Notes under the pieces: generated by a model
Told to the model about the DNA's origin: nothing
Seen by the model: the letters and a program-made list of their open reading frames with translations, nothing else
Database searches by the model: none
Translations under genes and position numbers: made by a program
Shown here: piece after piece, positions 47,285-59,970 of the stretch
How the letters are laid out: the number at the start of each line of letters is the position of its first letter
Numbering within the stretch: position 1 is the first letter of the stretch
Assembly (NCBI RefSeq): GCF_009914755.1
Contig: NC_060927.1
Origin: the human T2T-CHM13v2.0 reference genome, Homo sapiens
Strand: one strand, 5' to 3'
Length of the DNA: 64,000 bases

Positions 47285-47492
47285 AATAGTGGGCCTAATA
47301 GTGGACCTGTGCTGCATTTGACCCACTGAAAGAATCAATGAATATGAATATACAACAGAAACATTATCAGGAAAGATATTTCTTAATAGACATTTTAGTT
47401 GGACATGGGAAACTGAAAATGTAGCCCAAGCTACATATGATACAACATTTCTACTCAGGTGAATGTTAACATAAGGTATACCTCCACGGAAC

Positions 47493-48020
47493 ACTCATGT
47501 TCATAGCAGCATTATTCACATAGCCAAAAAGGGAAAGCAACCCAAGTGTCCACCGACAAATTAATGGATTAAAAAAAAGATATATACACATATCATGGAA
47601 TATTATTCAGCCTAATAAGGAAGGAAATTTTTGCACATGCTGCAACACAGATGAACTTTGAAGACATTATGCTAAATGAAATAAGCCAGTCATAAAAGAA
47701 TAGCTATAGTATGAATCTTTTTAGATAAGGTTCCTAGAGTAGGCAAATTCACAGAGATCAAAAGTAGAACAGTGGTTGGCAGGGACTAGGGGAAGGGGAG
47801 ATGGGGGAGTTAGCATTGAATAGGTACAGAGTTTTAGTAGGGGAGGATGAATAAGTTCAGGAAATGGATGATGGTGATGGCTGCATAACAATATGAATAT
47901 ATAACAATGTCCGAGTATGGTTAAAATGGCAAAATGATAAAAATGGCAAAAATGGTTAAAATGGTCAATTTTATGTCATGTATATTTTACTACAATAATA
48001 AATATATAATAAAAATTTTA
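47493..48020 (+). mobile_element. L1MB-type LINE-1 3' end
   Basis: ATGTTCATAGCAGCATTATTCACA...GGAATATTATTCAGCC...TTTTATGTCATGTATATTTTACTACAAT. Confidence 0.85.
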
Positions 48021-49376
48021 AATTAAAGAATATACACATTCATATTTTTTAGTATCTTTAGAAGCTTTGGAAATCAAAAACAAGGTTTCAGAGACAAAAA
48101 AGGAACTTAATGATCCAAATTTTTAATCAAAAAAGCAATTCTTTTGCCACCTCCCTCAACACCCTAAAAGTCAATCAGAAAACACTGCTTTGTGTCAATA
48201 ATTAATTTTACCTAAATTATGACAATGTTGCTTAACATCAAAATTCCAGGAAAAATATTCCACTGACCTGAAAAGAAGGACTCTGAAGTATGCAGGAGGA
48301 AATAGATTCATCCTGTAGCACATGACAACACATCTTCAAGAAAGGAACACTATGACTCTTGGCTTACCATAAGCGTAACATTACTGATATACTGCCAATA
48401 TTAAGCAAAATGAAATACCACTACTAAATATTCTCACTTGGGGCCCTTTAACATAAAGAAAATTTAGTATTTTTCTCTCATCTTCCTATAAAGTTTAACT
48501 CTGTAAGTCTCCCCACATATTAAAATTATATTTTATACAAAATATAGTCATAAAAGCTATTTTATACTGGTCATAAAAGCCTCATCATATACTCATATCA
48601 AACAAAAAAGAAAGGATCCATTAGACACTCACAACATGCTATGCTGTGAGTTTTGGACGTGGGACTCCAATCCTAAAAGCGTCCTCAGGCCCACCCTCGC
48701 TTAGGACAAGTCACAAGCCTTCTGCCTCCATTTCCAACCATCCTATTCAACACTCAGCCATTCAGTCCTTCTGCATCATTTTAAAATTCATGAGGATAAT
48801 CTGTTTACAACTTCACCATCTCAAAATTTACTTAGTTTTTCTAATGTGCCAAATAGCACGTATATTTTTTTCCATGGTAATTATAAAAAAGTTAAAAGCT
48901 GAAAAATTCCTTTTTTCCCTGTATTGTTGGCTTTCAATTTTAATGATACATCACTTTAAAAGAGCCCTGAATCTTAACAAAGAAACACTCATCATTAATA
49001 GTTTATTCCCTTAATCAAAAATAATTCATAACTCTCCACTTTCTATTACTTATTAAAGGCCCACGTAAGCCCTCAGGCTGGAATGAGAATGCCTATGAGA
49101 ACTGGTTTTCCCCCTTTCTTTCAAAGGTAGGAAAGGACTTACTAACTCAAATAAGTCCTTCAAGTCCAGATGGTATAGCATAGCATCTCAACAACAGGTA
49201 AGAGAGTACAAGCAGAAGCTGGGGACAAAAAGCAAAGGATAAAAAATAGTTCCTTATAAAAATGTGAAGAGATCTCCATTGATAAGGAGAAAACCTTAAT
49301 ATTTTCTGGTAAAGCTATAATGCTGATCCCTACTTCTATTCAATGCTGTGGGCAAGCCAATCAATGCTGTGGGCAC

Positions 49377-49441
49377 GGGGAAGGGAGGGGAATGGAGGGG
49401 AGGGCAGGGGAGGGGAGGGGAGGAGAGGGGAGGGGAGGGGA
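49377..49441 (+). repeat. (GGGGA)n-type purine-rich simple repeat
   Basis: Read directly. Confidence 0.9.
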
Positions 49442-49628
49442 GAATATGGTGCCCTAAATGGATCAGGCCACTCCCCAGACACTGTACCCAGAGCCCTGAG
49501 CCCTGCTTCAGGCAGGGAGGAAAGCATGGTGCTGTTCCTCTCCACAGGCCTCCCGACTTCAGCCACAGACAATAAGATGGGGGTGGATCCCTTACTTAAA
49601 ACCAGACAATATCGAAACAATAAAGTTT

Positions 49629-50006
<378 letters not shown>

Positions 50007-53000
50007 TCACAAGATCACAAAGCTATGGAGTGCTGAAGGCAAGAGTTAAACCCGGGCAGTCTGATTCCACTCACGGTGTACGTCTAGTATCCTGGCATAA
50101 TGACTCACAGCATTGAATCGATGCCAAAGTCGCCCAAATGATCTCCATTCTTGCATTTCTCCAACCCTCTCCACACTATATCCAGAAAGAGTACTCTACG
50201 CATTAAACTGCCCTTGCCACTTCACTGTCTAAAACCCTTCAATGGCTCCCTATTGCCCTCCTCAAGAACAAGCTTAGCTTCATTACCAGGCCTACCAGGA
50301 TCAGCGATCTTGTCCTTGCTCTTGTCTCTGGCCTCATTTCTCACCGTAAACTCTACAAGGCAGCCCTCCTGAACCTCCTTAGGGCTCTCAAGTCACAACT
50401 CTGGGACTAAGACAGCCCACAAATGGAAATACAGCAAGCACAGGGAGAAATGGATGGGAGCAGAAAAAAGATGCTAGTCCCCCCACTCCAACCCACAGGA
50501 CCCAAACTTACACAAACCATGCCTTGTGCTTTGCCATGTCTCCATTAACAATTCATATATTATGTCAAATCCCTCGAATTTTAAAATAAAAATAAAATTC
50601 AAAGGTAAATGTTAGAAATCTATGCATTTATGGCTACTGCCTAAGTCCTATTCTTTTGGAATCATTTCTAGAAAGGGTAAAAGCTGACCATACTCAGTAC
50701 ACTGGTCAAAGTCTGAACCCAGAATACCAGGAAACTCCATCCTCCAACACCATCCCCCAAAGCCCACTCTGCAAAGGCAATGACATTTCACAATTTCTCC
50801 AGCATTCTTGAAACGCTGAGGGCAGTAGTTTGTGCTAAGCACACAGTGAAAGTCATGTCCAGTTGGCCGTTGGTTCATGCTGTGGCTACTGCCAATTCTT
50901 TAAGTGTTCCCTCACCTCAAATCTTTGATGCACGAGGTCCAGCAGTCGTCACTACTAAGTCAACACTGAGACATGTAAATGTTTGTGAAATGAGTAATAA
51001 CCAGGATGGTACAATTAAGCTCCCCATGAGCTCCTCCCCACTGCCACCTCAGGCCTCACCAGACATTCATCCCAACTGTGGAATCCTGAAGATAATCAGA
51101 GCCCGGGAGGCAGATCTTCACCCCTCTGAGCCTCAGATTCCCCAGAAGTAAGCTGGGAACAATAACTCCTATTTCACATGGCTACTGCAAGGATGAAGTG
51201 AAATAAAATGTATGGAAGCACCAAGCCAGTGACTAATCCTGAGATGGCAGCACATGATAAATGCTTACTGAATCTGGGAAAGCAAAATTATTCTAGCTCA
51301 ATAAAGCCTTTTAAAAAGACCAGCGAATTTAGCTTCAAATTCAGTGCAAGAGAAATAATCATCCTGGGCCCACCATCGGGTCATATGCCAAATGTCTTAA
51401 ATATCATCTTATTTAATCTTTGTAACTATCTGTGCAAATGATCCCCTTTTCAAGTAACAGTAAATTGAGGCTCAGTCAGGTTCAATAATTTGCTCCAGGT
51501 TGCAGAGAAAGAACATGGGAGATCCCATAAGAATTTGAACTCCGTTGAATTTGAACCCAGACTTCGTGTCTTTAATCTCCCTACTACTCTGTTGACAAGA
51601 CCCTGAAGCCAGAGAGAGAGGAAGGTGGATAAGAGTCCAGAAAGGGCAACCATGCCAAGTTGATCAGCACACCTTCATCAGCACAAGTCCAAATGACCAA
51701 AGGCGAGTGTCACTCAAGGGCAAAAAGATGGGGAAAGGTAAGCAATCAGTTTAACTGCCTAGTTCAGCCCAACTAGGATCTTTCAGTGACAGAGCTTAAT
51801 AATTTAACAGCATAAGTCCTTTATCAGCATGAGGCGGGTGACTCCCTGGCACTGTGATTTTAAGCAAATGACTATAGGGCCTCTCTATGCCTCTGACTGC
51901 TTCTATAAAACATGGAGACTGTGAAATCTCCCCTGCAGTGATGTTGTAAGGGTTAAAGAAATAATGTGTGGAGATTACTTCACGCAGCCTTGTTATATAC
52001 TACATGCCCAAGGAACAGTTCTATGATTATGAGGACCCTTTCACAACTAGGATTTCTATAGCCCCTTCCTTCTTCCTCATTTGCTGAAATGAGCCACATC
52101 ATCCCTCAACTTCTCCTGTTCCTTACCTCCCTCTCCCTTCTCTGTGCACCCTACTCATTGACTGAGACCACAAATGCTTACTGAATACCAACTCCGGCCA
52201 GCTGGGGAATCACTCACGCTGTTACATTAAGCTGTATCACTTTGCCTTTGTGGAGCTTACATTCTTAAACTTGTAGGAGAGCGGGGAAGACGGCCAATGA
52301 ACAAATAACACTACCAGGTACAGTCAAGTGTTATAAAGAACAAAGCAGATAAGGGTACAGAGAATAATCCCTGGAAAGGCAGGGCTGGGTAAGGTAATTA
52401 GGAAAAAGCCTATCTGAAGAATCAACGTTGAATCAGAAAGCTGATGAAGACAGAGATCAGGCAATGAATGATCAGAGGGAATAGTTCTGCAGACACAGGG
52501 TAAGTGGTTGACAGAGGCCAACAGTATCTTAGAAGGCTAAGAACACAGCTCAATTGCAGTACCCACTATGTTTTAGTATAACTACAGGTTTATAGGCCAG
52601 TTGTACCTCTGTGCCCTCTGAAGGTAGGAGCTGTGTTTCTTATTCCTGTCTGCATTCACTCAGTCATATTTATCTGCCCAACATTCTATAAAGAATGAGC
52701 TGTAATAAGCATTCAGAAAATATTTGCTACATAAATGATATTTGTTTGATTTTTCAGTTGTGGGGGTTAATTTTATTCCCTGCTGAATTCTGGGCTTTCT
52801 GAAGCCCCATTTAGACTTCTTTGTATACCCAAAAGTGCCATTGTCCCTCAACTTCTGCTATCCACCTCTCCCTTCTCCATACTAAACTGCTCACTACAAC
52901 TACTCTCCCCCTGTTCTCTCACCTCTGCCTCTGCATGAATTCACCTGGACTGCCTTCTTCATCACCTCCACCTTCCTCACAAACTCTCAAGATTAATCTC

Positions 53001-53788
53001 CAAATTTCATTAGTGTACTGATATTATCATTTGTTCAAATATTTCCAAATCTCTCAAGTTCTTCAGTAAAACTTTTCCATCAAGTAACAGAAAGTGATGC
53101 ATCAAGTGACAATTGCAGATTGAGTGGTAAAGACAGCTGAAGGACAAATGATCTGAGGTTACTTATGTAATTTCTTTTCCTCCCCCAAATATGCCATATT
53201 TCAGTGACTTTCTGGGCTTTGCGCCTGCAGAACTAGACCAGGGTACGAGGGCAGGAATGTTCTCACTACTGTGGGTCTGTGCACTCAATCACTCACCCAT
53301 AAAAGAAATGCCTTATTTACAGCAAACAAAACCAATTTAGGACAAAGCTATCACTTAACGGTCTTCCCCACAAGGAAGGTCAATAGTTTAGCATCTAAAT
53401 TATTTGAGATGGATTCCCTTTTCTAAAAGCAGAAATTGCAGCTGTACTTCATTTTAAAAAAAGAAAAAAGTCAAATATTTATTCTCCTAGGCAAGAGGGA
53501 GATACAGGTAAGTCACAACTTCCAATGCAGCCGCCACAGCCTCATTTAGCTGATAAGAACTTGCCCATAACCTTTAGTCCTTCACTTACAAAAGTCATGC
53601 ATTCATCTTTCTCCTCCCACTTCCGTAAAGGCAGAAAATTAGGCTGGAGCCATTCTTTCTGAGTATACAACAGCAGGGGCATGGGTTTAAGCAGTTTCTT
53701 TGACAACATACATTCCTCTGTAAGTCCCTGGACAGAAGCTCTGGGCTGCACAGAAAACATACAACAAGGATTCTAAAATAGGAGGCCT

Positions 53789-54087
53789 GGCCAGGCACAG
53801 TGGCCCACATCTGTAATCCCAACACTTTGGGAGGCTGAAGGGGGCAGATCACTTGAGGTCAGGAGTTTGAGACAAACCTGACCAACATGGCGAAACCCCA
53901 TCTCTACTAAAAATACAAAAATCAGCCAGGCATGGTGGCGTGCATCTGTGGTACCAGCTACTCAGGAAGCCGAGGCAGGAGAATCGCTTGTACCCAGGAG
54001 GAGGAGGTTGTAGTGAGCCAAGATCAGGCCACCGCACTCCAGCCTGGGTGAGAGTGAGACTCTCTTTCAAAAAAAAAGTAAAATAAA
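53789..54087 (+). mobile_element. AluS element
   Basis: Full Alu; degenerate TSD AAAAT(A/T)GGAG(G/A)CCT. Confidence 0.95.
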
Positions 54088-57000
54088 ATTGGAGACCTGA
54101 AAGGCAGTGCTTCTCCTACAAGAGAGCTCCATGAACTTCCACTAGCCAAAGAGAGGGGAAATACCCTAAGAGACAACAAAACTGTGCTTAGACTTAAGAA
54201 CCATTTCAAACTCAGTGCCCTCAGCCAACATTTCCCCTAAGACTTGACTGGCAGTATGTACTCATATCTTGCCCACCATGGCAGTGCCTGGCTATATTAC
54301 ACCACCAAGTACTGCACACACTTTTCACTTGGCTATATGGACACAGCAACATGGCCCCTGTCTACCAGGATTTAGGTCTTTGGAAAGACTTCTAACCATG
54401 GTTAGACCCTTACTGCTAAATTCACTGAACACCACTCTGCTAAAAGTTTCAAAGCCAGCCTAACTTAGATTTATAACAGGGGGCGTGTACAGTACATTAA
54501 TTACATGCCTGTGCTTTGGCTGCCAGGACTGGGATTCAGCCTCTGTATGGTTTAAACCCCTGAAACCTCCTTAGCAGACCCTGCAGGTCTCCACATGATT
54601 TGGCCCTTGTCTTCCTCTCAGACCTAGTCTACTACCACTTTCCCCCTCTAATTACCTAGACATGCCCAGCTCATTCTCATCTCAGTCTTTGCACTTGCTG
54701 TCTGCTCTGCCTAACACACTCTTCCCCTTAGTCTCACCTAGCTGGCTACCTTTCATCGCTCAGGTCTCAGCTCATATGTCAAAAAGGCCATCTCCAGGAT
54801 CACTTACATATAATGCTGAGCAATGTGAAGTATGTGTATGCCTACATATAATTTCACCTAAAGTACAAAACTGAACAAAACCAGCGTTATAAGTCAGGGG
54901 ACTGGTGACCCTTTGTAGGGTGGAGGTAGTGACAGGCAGGAGCACCAGGGGGCCTCTGGGTTGTTGTTAAATGATCGTTTTCTTCATCTGTACCTAGTTA
55001 GCTGGGTTTGCATTCAGTTTATGAAAATTCATCAAGTTGTTCATTTGTAATTGTTCATTTTTCAGTATGTCTTATATTTCAGTTTAAAAAATTATGCCAA
55101 TCAAAAACACACCATATCAAATAGGTCTCCTCTGATCATCCAGTCTAAACTACCCTGCTGTGAAGCAATCCATTCTCCATCCCATGACCCTGACTGATTT
55201 TCTTCACAGAATCTGTCATTGGCTGAAATCATTTTCATTATTGGTTATATGTGTACTGGCTCACTCTCTCCCACCTCCATTAAAATAAAGTATCACGTGG
55301 CCAAAGACTCTGCCTGCCTCATTCACCATCCCCAAACCCCAGGGCCTACAACAGTCCTGCCAAATGGTATGGGCTGAATAAAAACTATATGAAAAATAAG
55401 AAATGACTAAAGTGGACCCTTTAAGGACGTACTATCAATCAAAAGTCAAAACAGTAAAGCTAACAGCAAAGGTGAAAAAAAAAAAAAAACTTCAATGACA
55501 CTAAGCATCAGGAATATGTGTCAAATGTTAAATTTAACCATAGGGAGGAGGTAGACAAAATGTCATTCTATGGGTATCTTTGAGAGACCAGTTAAAGTTA
55601 TTTCTCTAAGCAGAAACTGGGTCTTTTATTTCTGTACAGACAACAGTTTTTCACAAGGCCTGGTGGTATAAAATAGGTCTGGGCCAAGAGTGGCAACAGA
55701 TTTCTGAGACACTTGGTGAGGATTCTTAAGTATGATGAGAGAAGTGGGCCATGTTTAACTGCAATGTCTGCCACGGGCAAGGGACTATGGAAACGTAATA
55801 TCAAATCAGTGTACATGAAACAGATCATAGGAAGCACCCAAGAATTTGAAAATAGCAATACTCACCATTTTTATGGACAATTCTAAGATGGTCATAAAGA
55901 AAAAAATAAAAATGTGTCAGTGGTGCTAATGACTTGGATGTTATATAGTTACTACTGGCATGCAGATTAATTTGCATGTTGATATAATATATTTTCATGA
56001 GGAAGTATATACTCACCAGGAAACAGCATGGTGTAACGGAAACGTAAAGGTAAGCCTTTACTCTGGAATGCCACAAACTCTCACTGTATCGTTGAATATG
56101 TCATTGAACTTCTTTAGGCCTCAATTTCTCTACCCATGAAATGAGCTGGCTGGACTAAATGATTGCTAATGTCCATTTCCAGTTCTTGGACACTGTGTAC
56201 CTTTCTATCTTTAAAAAAACCTACTTTTACCTTCTAAGAATTTACAGAAAAACACATCATCCACAAATATGTAAATCATAGTAACCAGATGGGGCGTGCT
56301 AACAGATCTTTTTACCCAGTTTTCTTGACAAACCAAGAGTATCTCTCCCCAACCAGATTTTCTCCTGTGTTGCGTTCAGCCTCTTATTTCTTGGTTAGGG
56401 AAGTAGGCTTCACATATTTCAGCTAAACACTCTGCATTTTCAGTTTCTCTGTACAATTCATGAGTTTTCACTGCCCTGGGCCCCATGTTTCTCATCAATT
56501 CAAGTCTACACTCATGGTAAGCACCCTAGTTCTTGTTTTTTCTAACACTTAAATAATGAATAGGACTTCATCTCCTAGAGCTATTCTCCTTACTCTATTA
56601 CAACAGTTATTAGTGAGTTTTAATTAGACAAAACTGCCATTCCTTTTGCTACCTCACTATACTGTCAAGCACCTATTAAGAATATTACAGTAGTAAGTAT
56701 TAGCACCTTTTAAATTTACATTAACAATAACAGAGAAATGGGGAGGCAGGAAATGAAAGGAGAGGGGTAAAAATAGCTCACAGATGTCATAACCAAAGTT
56801 TAGAGGAACTCAAAAAATCATTAATCACTATTTTTTAAATTTTCTAAAAAACTATACTATGCACATCCTGGTTAAAATTGTATGAGTGATAATTTGCCTC
56901 TCATCAATTAAAAATGGGGAAATAGGCAAGGTCATTAACTCTGCTGTGGCTGAATCCCAGACTGTGCTTTCTTTAAAAGGGAAGAGAGATAGTCTACGGA

Positions 57001-57519
57001 GACTAACCAGTTCAGTGGTTGAGTGATTTCTACAAGAGTCATCACCAACTCAAAACTTTCCTGAAGTCCTTCTGACTATTTTAACGCTTGCCATCTGCAG
57101 AAGGTAAAAATCTGCTAGAGGCCAAGTTCCAATCGCTATCCAGCCCACCACTGACCCTCTTTGATTTCATTCTCCATCAACAAGGAGGACATGGACAGGG
57201 TCAATGGTCTAATGCGTTTTAGTGACAGCCCTGATTTTTCATTGGAAAGAGGAGAAAGATCGTTTCCCATTTTTCTCCTTGACCCACGGATTTGACCAAC
57301 TCAGGCACATTAAAAGTCTGCAAAAGCAGGTAGCCTGCAGGAAGTTCACCCTAGGGGGTGAGTTCCTAGTTGGGCTGAAACGGGTTTCCAGGCATGTTTA
57401 TCACGTGGTCTAAACGTGCTCAGGGTTAGTGCCAGAAGTTTGAAAAGCAGAATTAGTAGAGCTGACAATAAAACCTCAGGGCTCCAAAACCCGGTCCAAG
57501 AAACTTTTCTTAAACTTGC

Positions 57520-58340
57520 GTCCAGCGCCTGCTTCAGCGCCTTCGCCATGAGTCTGCGCGGGCAGACAGCGGAGACTCTAGTGCGTTGGGTCGCTCATAC
57601 CCCGAGGCACCCGGGGCTGCCGCCGCGCCGCCCCTGCCCCACACTGGAGCGGGGTTCCCTGCTGCGCCTGGACCCGGCGCCGCGTCACCTCCCGAAGTGG
57701 GGCGCCCGAGGGGCCGCGCAGGGGGTCAGGCGGAGACCAAGAGTAGCAGGGGGCGAGGGAAGCCCGGGCAGGCCGGCGCCGCTGCTGGCGCCCGCAGCTC
57801 CTGCCCCCACGCTCACCTGGGACCCGGCCGCCAGGAAGCGGGGCCGCAGCGCTAGGGCTCGCAGAAGCTTCCCGGCCTGCGCTGCTACGGGGGACGCCAT
57901 CTTAAACAGGAAACTCGGCACGGGGCAGTAGGGCGGGCGCGGGCAGGGGAAGGAGGCGGAGGAGGAGCAGCGGGAGGAGGGGTCAGAGGAGAAGCGGGCG
58001 CGGGGAGGAAAAGGAGGAGGAGGCAGAGGCGGTCTGGGCCGGGCCGGGCCTGACCCCTGCGTCCCGGGGGCACAGGCGTTCTTAAGGCTGCAGAGCCCTG
58101 GGTCCCCCACCCGGCCCCGGTTCACTTTGAGCGGTCCCAAGGCCTGAGGGCCTACTGTCCAGTCCCCAGGTTATCGTCCTGAGCAAAGACAGACCCCGAG
58201 CCCTGCGGTCTTGGGGCTCAAACAGTCCCTGGATGGCCAAACAAGCAAATATTCGCCATGGCAGTGGGTGCTGGAAGGGTGGCTCACGGAGCTGACGCCC
58301 TCCGCAGAGAACCGTGGTCTAGTCCTGCGGTCACGAGGCC
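57520..58340. promoter_or_regulatory. CpG-island promoter of SUCLG2, probably bidirectional
   Basis: Abrupt rise in GC and CpG density around exon 1. GC boxes (GGGCGG at 57931), YY1-type CGCCATCTT at 57895-57903, no TATA box. Confidence 0.9.
57817..57900 (-). CDS. SUCLG2: SUCLG2 coding exon 1 (28 codons, first part of the mitochondrial transit peptide)
   Basis: Translates to MASPVAAQAGKLLRALALRPRFLAAGSQ, which I recognise as the human SUCLG2 N-terminus. ATG context is AAGATGG. Ends at donor CAG|GTGAGC (GT at 57816-57815), phase 0. Lies in a CpG island. Confidence 0.97.
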
Positions 58341-58416
58341 TATCTGGGACAGTGGTGTTTGAGCTGAGACTTTAACGAATAGAGACAGGTGAGGTTCCTG
58401 CAGCCCAGGGCTTCAG
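58010..58416 (+). ncRNA. SUCLG2-DT: Probable first exon of the divergent lncRNA (SUCLG2-DT / SUCLG2-AS1); start approximate
   Basis: Plus-strand donors CAG|GTGAGG (58389) and CAG|GTGAGT (58417) at the distal edge of the CpG island. The name comes from recalled annotation; the TSS cannot be read from sequence. Confidence 0.5.
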
Positions 58417-58511
58417 GTGAGTCAAGGAGAGGCCATTGGAGGCTCTCCATCCCTTAAGGAGTTGTGGGTGTTTTGTTTTGTTCTATCCTTAACCTAAAAT
58501 CAATGTAAAGC

Positions 58512-59464
58512 TGAGAGATGAAGCCGGGTGGGTCGGTTGGGGACTTGGAGAACTTCTCTGTCTAGCTAAATGATTGTAAATGCACCAATCAGCGCTCTGT
58601 GTCTAGCTAAAGGTTTGTAAATACACCAGCCAGCCCTCTGTGTCTAGCTAATCAGGTGGGGACTTGGAGAACTTTTCTGTTAGCTAAAGGATTGTAAATG
58701 CACCAATCAGTGCTCTGTGTCTGGCTAAAGGTTTGTAAACACACCAATCGGCACTCTGTAAAAACGCACCAATCAGCGCTCTGTGTCTAGCTAAACGTTT
58801 GTAAATGCACCAATCAGCACTCTTTAAAAAGGGACCAATCAGCACTCTGTAAAATGGACCAATTGGCACTCTGTAAAATGGACCAATCAGCAGGATGAGG
58901 GTGGGGCCAAATAAGGGAATAAAAGCTGGACACCGGCGCCAGTAGTGGCCCCTAGTTGGGGTCTCCTTCCAGGTTGTGGTTGCTTTGTGCTTTTGCTTTT
59001 TGCAGTAGCTCTTGCTGCTGTTCACTGTTTGGGTCCGCACTATCCTTATGAGCTATAACACTCACCACAAAGGTTTGCAGTTTCACTCCTGAGGTCAGGG
59101 AGACTGCGAACCCACTGGGAGGAATGAACAACTCCGTATGCCCCACCTTCGAGGGCTGTAACACTCACTGCAAAGGTCTGCAGCTTCATTCGTGAAGTCA
59201 GTGAGACCACGAACCCACAGGCAGGAACAAACAACTCCGGACGGGCCACCTTTAAGAGCTGTAACACTCACTGTGAAGTCTGCGGCTTCACTCCTGAAGT
59301 CAGCGAGACCACGAACCCACCGGAAGGAAGAAACCCCAGATACATTTGAACATCTGCAGGAACAAATTCTGGTCACGCCATCTTTACCGCGAGGGTCTGC
59401 AGTTTCATTCTGGAAGTCAGCGAGACGATTAAGAACCCACGGGAAGGAACCAATTCCGGACACA
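58512..59464 (+). mobile_element. Solo LTR12-family (ERV9) LTR
   Basis: TGAGAG...GGACACA termini with a perfect 4-bp TSD AAGC (58508-58511 / 59465-59468). Tandem CACCAATCAGC U3 repeats and about 105-bp U5 repeats (GAGCTGTAACACTCAC). Confidence 0.93.
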
Positions 59465-59525
59465 AAGCTATTGGAGGATTTTAAGCCCAGTAATCAGAGT
59501 GATAAAAGCAACATTCATTTGGAGC

Positions 59526-59970
59526 TGTGAACCCCAAATACCTGACACAGGTCTCAATCAATTTAAGAAGTTTATTTGGCCACAGTTAAGGACACGTGCC
59601 TGTGACACAGCCTCAGGAGGTCCTGACATGTGCCCAAGGTGTGGTGGAGGACACAGCTTGGTTTTATACATTTTAGGGAGATATGAGACATCAATATATG
59701 TAAAATGTACATTGGTTTGGTCCAGAAAAGCGAGACAACTGGAAGCAAGGAGGGGCTTCTAGGTTATGGGTAGATAAGACACAAAGGGTTGCATTCTTTT
59801 GGGTTTCTGATTGGCCTTTCCAAAGGAAGCAATCAGCTGTGCGTCTATCTCTGTGAGCAGAGGGATGACTTTGAATAGAATGGGAGGCAGGTTTGCCCTA
59901 AGCAGTTCCCACCTTAACTTTTCCCTTTACCTTAGTGATTTGGGAGTCCCAAGATTATTTCCCTTTCACA
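59526..59970 (-). mobile_element. Solo MER4A/MER4A1 LTR (ERV1)
   Basis: TGTGAA...TTCACA termini, near-TSD GAGC/GAGT. The reverse strand matches the recalled MER4A1 consensus. Confidence 0.85.

Noticed and set aside
57416-57931. 171-aa plus-strand ORF antisense to exon 1
   Set aside because: It has a non-ATG start, lies in stop-poor GC-rich CpG-island sequence and resembles no protein I recognise.
58540-59450. Regularly spaced repeats resembling a CRISPR-like array
   Set aside because: They are the normal U3 and U5 tandem subrepeats of LTR12, without unique spacers, in human DNA.
58684-59530. Cluster of 70-122 aa ORFs
   Set aside because: All lie within the tandem repeats of the LTR12; there are no gag, pol or env motifs and the LTR is solo.
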